DNA of 52,178 nt, taken from an uncultured Peptostreptococcaceae bacterium. Its GTDB lineage: Bacteria; Bacillota; Clostridia; Peptostreptococcales; BM714. A program made the translations under genes and the position numbers. This document shows positions 50,196 through 52,178 of this stretch, in pieces. The notes beneath the pieces are model-generated. The model was not told the DNA's origin and searched no databases. It saw only the letters and a list, made by a program, of their open reading frames with translations. Location of the stretch: NCBI GenBank assembly GCA_964617505.1, contig CAZTZB010000004.1, forward strand, positions 1 to 52,178. The letters run 5' to 3'. Position 1 is the stretch's first letter. Each line of letters begins with the position of its first letter.

Positions 50196-51182
50196 CTATT
50201 CATTTTCTTGCTTCGCATCACTCTTCAACATTTTATTTAATAAGTTTTCATTGAATGGACATTCGGCTACGCAAATGCTGCAATCCGTACCCATCCTGCT
50301 CCATACCATATAGCATTTTTCAGCGCTGATAGCCGGCCATTCCATCTGACCGTCAACCATGCCCTTGCCACCTTCCGGTATTGCCTTAGAAGGACATTTT
50401 TCAACACAACGCATACATTTCATGCAAACGCTTTCGACTCCCATTTCGTCTTTATTGTCAGTTAGAAGTTCTAAATTCGTGGTCACAGCTCCAAATCTAA
50501 CGCTTGAACCGAAGCGGCGCGTCAATACGAGCCCCGACTTTCCTATTTCCCCAAGTCCTGCATCGACAGCCATCTTTTGCACCATGGCAAGATAGTTGCC
50601 ATCCATGTGGGTTCTTGCCTCATACCCAAGACTCCTTATATAATAAGAAAGCCACAGACCAATCACAGCCACGCTCACATAGCTCTTTACTCCCTCTATG
50701 CCCGACTCTACTTTCGGCGCCGTATTTATCATATTCCTGTCCATCTCAACAGCAAAAACTATAGCATGGGTGGCGTTGTCGAAAACATCTTGACCCCATA
50801 CCTCCTTAGGTCTCCCACGGTGGGTGTAGTAATGCTCAGGCCTGACATCTGTTATGCCTACAAGATCCGCCCCAAAATAGCGGGTCCATTTCTTTATTTC
50901 TTCCGTTATCATCCCTATATCCAATTCTTTGGGTTTGACATCTGTTTTCTTATCAGCCAAATGCTTTATATCTGATAATAGCGCGAAGCCGGCATTTCCC
51001 ACTGGACTTTTTATTTCATCAAATTCTACAGTTCCAGCTTCCCCATATCCAGGCCTTGAGCGCAGCATATCGTCAATGCCTTTTTTGTCAGGGTTCTCTG
51101 CATAATATTGTTCGTATATTTCATCTCCCTTTTCATAAGCAAGCCTAGAAAACATTATATCTCTCTCATCAACCTTTTTCAT
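50196..51182 (-). CDS. Reductive dehalogenase-like (RdhA/QueG superfamily) cobalamin/2x[4Fe-4S] protein
   Basis: ADLVGIT, HAIVFAVEMD, YIRSLGYEA, AGLGEIGKSG, GSSVRFGAVTTNL, CxxCxxCxxxCP and C-x10-CxxCxxxCP. Start ATG 51182. Confidence 0.75.
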   Translation of the reverse strand: MKKVDERDIMFSRLAYEKGDEIYEQYYAENPDKKGIDDMLRSRPGYGEAGTVEFDEIKSPVGNAGFALLSDIKHLADKKTDVKPKELDIGMITEEIKKWTRYFGADLVGITDVRPEHYYTHRGRPKEVWGQDVFDNATHAIVFAVEMDRNMINTAPKVESGIEGVKSYVSVAVIGLWLSYYIRSLGYEARTHMDGNYLAMVQKMAVDAGLGEIGKSGLVLTRRFGSSVRFGAVTTNLELLTDNKDEMGVESVCMKCMRCVEKCPSKAIPEGGKGMVDGQMEWPAISAEKCYMVWSRMGTDCSICVAECPFNENLLNKMLKSDAKQENE

Positions 51183-51332
51183 GGGAACCCTCCTCTTAAT
51201 CTTATAATCATTATACATTACTGCAAAGATTTGTTTAAGTTACATTGCGTAATTAGTAAGAATCCCGTAACAGAAACATTGCCCCAGCTAAAAAATTTCA
51301 ACGCTTCCATTTTACGTTATTTTAACCAATGT

Positions 51333-51382
51333 AAAAATAAAAATAAGGTCATCGTTTAAAGGATGTCCTTATTTTTATTTTT
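51333..51382. terminator. Long hairpin/terminator after the ferredoxin gene
   Basis: 16-bp perfect arms AAAAATAAAAATAAGG / CCTTATTTTTATTTTT with an inner CATC/GATG stem. Confidence 0.75.
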
Positions 51383-51409
51383 GCAACACTAATTTTTAAT
51401 CAAATGAAT

Positions 51410-51613
51410 CTAAACCATACGAACTGCTGCCATTGGACATACCTTAAGGCATGCTCCGCATCCAGTACATTTTTCATGATCCACAGTAGGCACTTCCGCT
51501 TTAAAAAAACCTGTCTTCTTTTGGGCCACAGCATTCACCGGACAAACCCGTTTTACCGGACAAAAAGGTGATTGATCACATTTCTTTGAATTTATTACTG
51601 CTTTCTTTGACAT
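51410..51613 (-). CDS. Small 4Fe-4S binding protein (ferredoxin-like)
   Basis: CDQSPFCPVKRVCP and CTGCGACLKVCP. Start ATG 51613 behind a GGGGGA RBS. Confidence 0.88.
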   Translation of the reverse strand: MSKKAVINSKKCDQSPFCPVKRVCPVNAVAQKKTGFFKAEVPTVDHEKCTGCGACLKVCPMAAVRMV

Positions 51614-51647
51614 CTTATCCCCCCAATTCCATATCTCTACAATTTCA

Positions 51648-51699
51648 TACAATATACCCTAGTAGGGTATATTGTAGCATGCTTTTAAACCCCGCGCAA
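51648..51699 (-). promoter_or_regulatory. CsoR-type operator overlapping the promoter of the ferredoxin gene
   Basis: 13-bp perfect arms TACAATATACCCT-AGT-AGGGTATATTGTA containing ATACCC-N5-GGGTAT. It overlaps the -10 TACAAT; -35 TTGCGC lies 17 nt away. Confidence 0.75.
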
Positions 51700-51725
51700 G
51701 TCCATTTTAAACACTATATGCTTAT

Positions 51726-51935
51726 CTATTCCATTGAAAGCACTTCGTATCCAGCATCTTCAATAGCAAAACGAAATTCAGAATCCCCCACTTCCCTTAA
51801 CATTCTAAGCTTTGCGCTTCCTTCTTCTATATCTACCACGACATTTTCGACTCCTTTGATTTCAAGCAATGCATCCTTAACTCTCTTTTGGCAATGCTCG
51901 CATGTCATTCCTTTAATCATGATTTTCTTGTTCAT
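51726..51935 (-). CDS. Heavy-metal-associated (HMA) domain protein, CopZ-like chaperone
   Basis: GMTCEHC metal motif, AIEDAGYEV. Start ATG 51935 behind a GGAGG RBS. Confidence 0.9.
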   Translation of the reverse strand: MNKKIMIKGMTCEHCQKRVKDALLEIKGVENVVVDIEEGSAKLRMLREVGDSEFRFAIEDAGYEVLSME

Positions 51936-51954
51936 TTTTTCCTCCTTGTAATAG

Positions 51955-52178
51955 TTACAGATATCAGTTGGTAGCTGGCAGTTGGCAGTAAATACAAAAA
52001 CGTTTAAACCCAAAATGTGTTTTCTATGTTTTGTTTTGTCTTTTGCTTTTACTTTTATTTGCTACTGCTTGCTGTTCTTTCTTTGCTTCTGTCTTTAAAG
52101 CTTTTTTTCACTTACTACTTACTTCTGTTATTAACGTTTTCTACTTTCCACTTTCCACTTCCTACTTTTTTGTCAACG
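51955..52178. repeat. Heptamer array locus C (runs to window edge)
   Basis: atatcag ttggtag ctggcag ttggcag (51961-51988); TTTTG(C/T) hexamer-like tract; cacttactacttact (52109-52123); tctactt tccactt tccactt cctactt (52140-52167); gtcaacg. Confidence 0.85.

Noticed and set aside
50196-51182. Confident call as epoxyqueuosine reductase QueG
   Set aside because: The QueG-type DYH motif is not visible and the flanking motifs look more RdhA-like, so it was left as an RdhA/QueG superfamily member.

Overview
Core-genome region of a low-GC Firmicute (Clostridia; the murC-divergent purR-glmU-prs-pth-mfd-prsA-yabM-mazG-hup-yabO-divIC...tilS-ftsH order resembles Peptostreptococcales). It starts with a split methylmalonyl-CoA mutase (large subunit plus the start of the B12-binding subunit), an AAE/YidE transporter and a FlK-like thioesterase. 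After the housekeeping block come a ClC-family protein, an LCP protein, lysA-lysC and a divergent NhaC/LysW transporter, lspA, asnS, cls, pyrR-uraA, two SH3b lipoproteins (DUF4015-like hydrolase and L,D-transpeptidase), a nitroreductase, a beta-CASP nuclease plus GNAT, bioY, an RdhA-like Fe-S protein, a small ferredoxin and CopZ. Readable regulatory elements are two back-to-back lysine riboswitches, an Asn T-box, a PyrR attenuator, a BirA operator and a CsoR-type operator. I saw no rRNA, tRNA, CRISPR array, IS, prophage or integrase. The main unexplained signals are (1) a dispersed family of intergenic, strand-biased heptanucleotide arrays sharing exact words at three loci, (2) a ClC homologue with GRHGP/GCGV/E-to-V substitutions at its key transport residues, (3) loss of the sporulation genes normally embedded in this synteny block, and (4) a CsoR-type operator in front of a ferredoxin. 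All calls come from reading motifs by eye; no database searches were run.
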